Below, in pieces: positions 63,808 through 64,000 of a DNA stretch of 64,000 nt. The stretch lies in assembly GCA_030770535.1 (NCBI GenBank), contig JASVEC010000001.1:1674001-1738000 (forward strand), written 5' to 3'. The notes beneath the pieces are model-generated. The model was given only the letters and a program-made list of their open reading frames with translations. It was not told where the DNA came from and searched no databases. This stretch comes from Batkoa obscura (Eukaryota). The position numbers and the translations under genes were made by a program. Numbering within the stretch: the first letter of the stretch is position 1; each line of letters starts with the position of its first letter.

Positions 63808-64000
63808 ATTAAATAACTTTCAAAGTTAATAGTTTTTATTTAAAATTAGGGCCCAAAATTGTATTCATTTCATATTTATAGTTGAGTTAATAATCTATAG
63901 ATAAATTATTTTTAGAAAAAAGCTTTTTAATTAATTTGAATATTATGTTCCTAATTATTATATTACATATTCCTTTCCTGATAAAATTGAGTTCTTTTAT

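Overview
Very AT-rich, gene-dense eukaryotic DNA with many short (about 45-120 nt) GT-AG introns. It is fungal (Zn2Cys6 factor, DUF1769, Ssh4-like, Mag2-like genes). An early-diverging lineage such as Entomophthoromycotina is my inference only. Housekeeping genes: Zn2Cys6 TF, SKI2, a cytochrome P450, a Utp12-domain protein, a STAS-less SLC26/SulP transporter, SDE2, a PQ-loop transporter, Ras, an F-box protein, ADE12, an Ssh4-like SPRY protein, RNF10/Mag2, SET3-like, a TLC protein and DUF1769, plus tRNA-Val(AAC), tRNA-Lys(CTT) and tRNA-Asp(GTC). Accessory content: (1) a five-gene family of secreted proteins (signal peptide, VERR kexin site, conserved amphipathic 18-mer, Asn/Ser- or Ser/Thr/Pro-rich tail), in which all five carry a CTC-CNGGN-GAG stem-loop in the presumed 5' UTR that matches the Smaug/Vts1 recognition element; (2) an apparently intact Sola2-type DNA transposon with about 12 related ~98-bp MITEs and a second ~270-bp MITE family; (3) two solo-LTR-like elements, a Tc1/mariner-type MITE and a foldback relic; (4) a secreted protein built from three copies of an unrecognised Cys-rich module. 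Exon boundaries were read by eye and no database searches were run.
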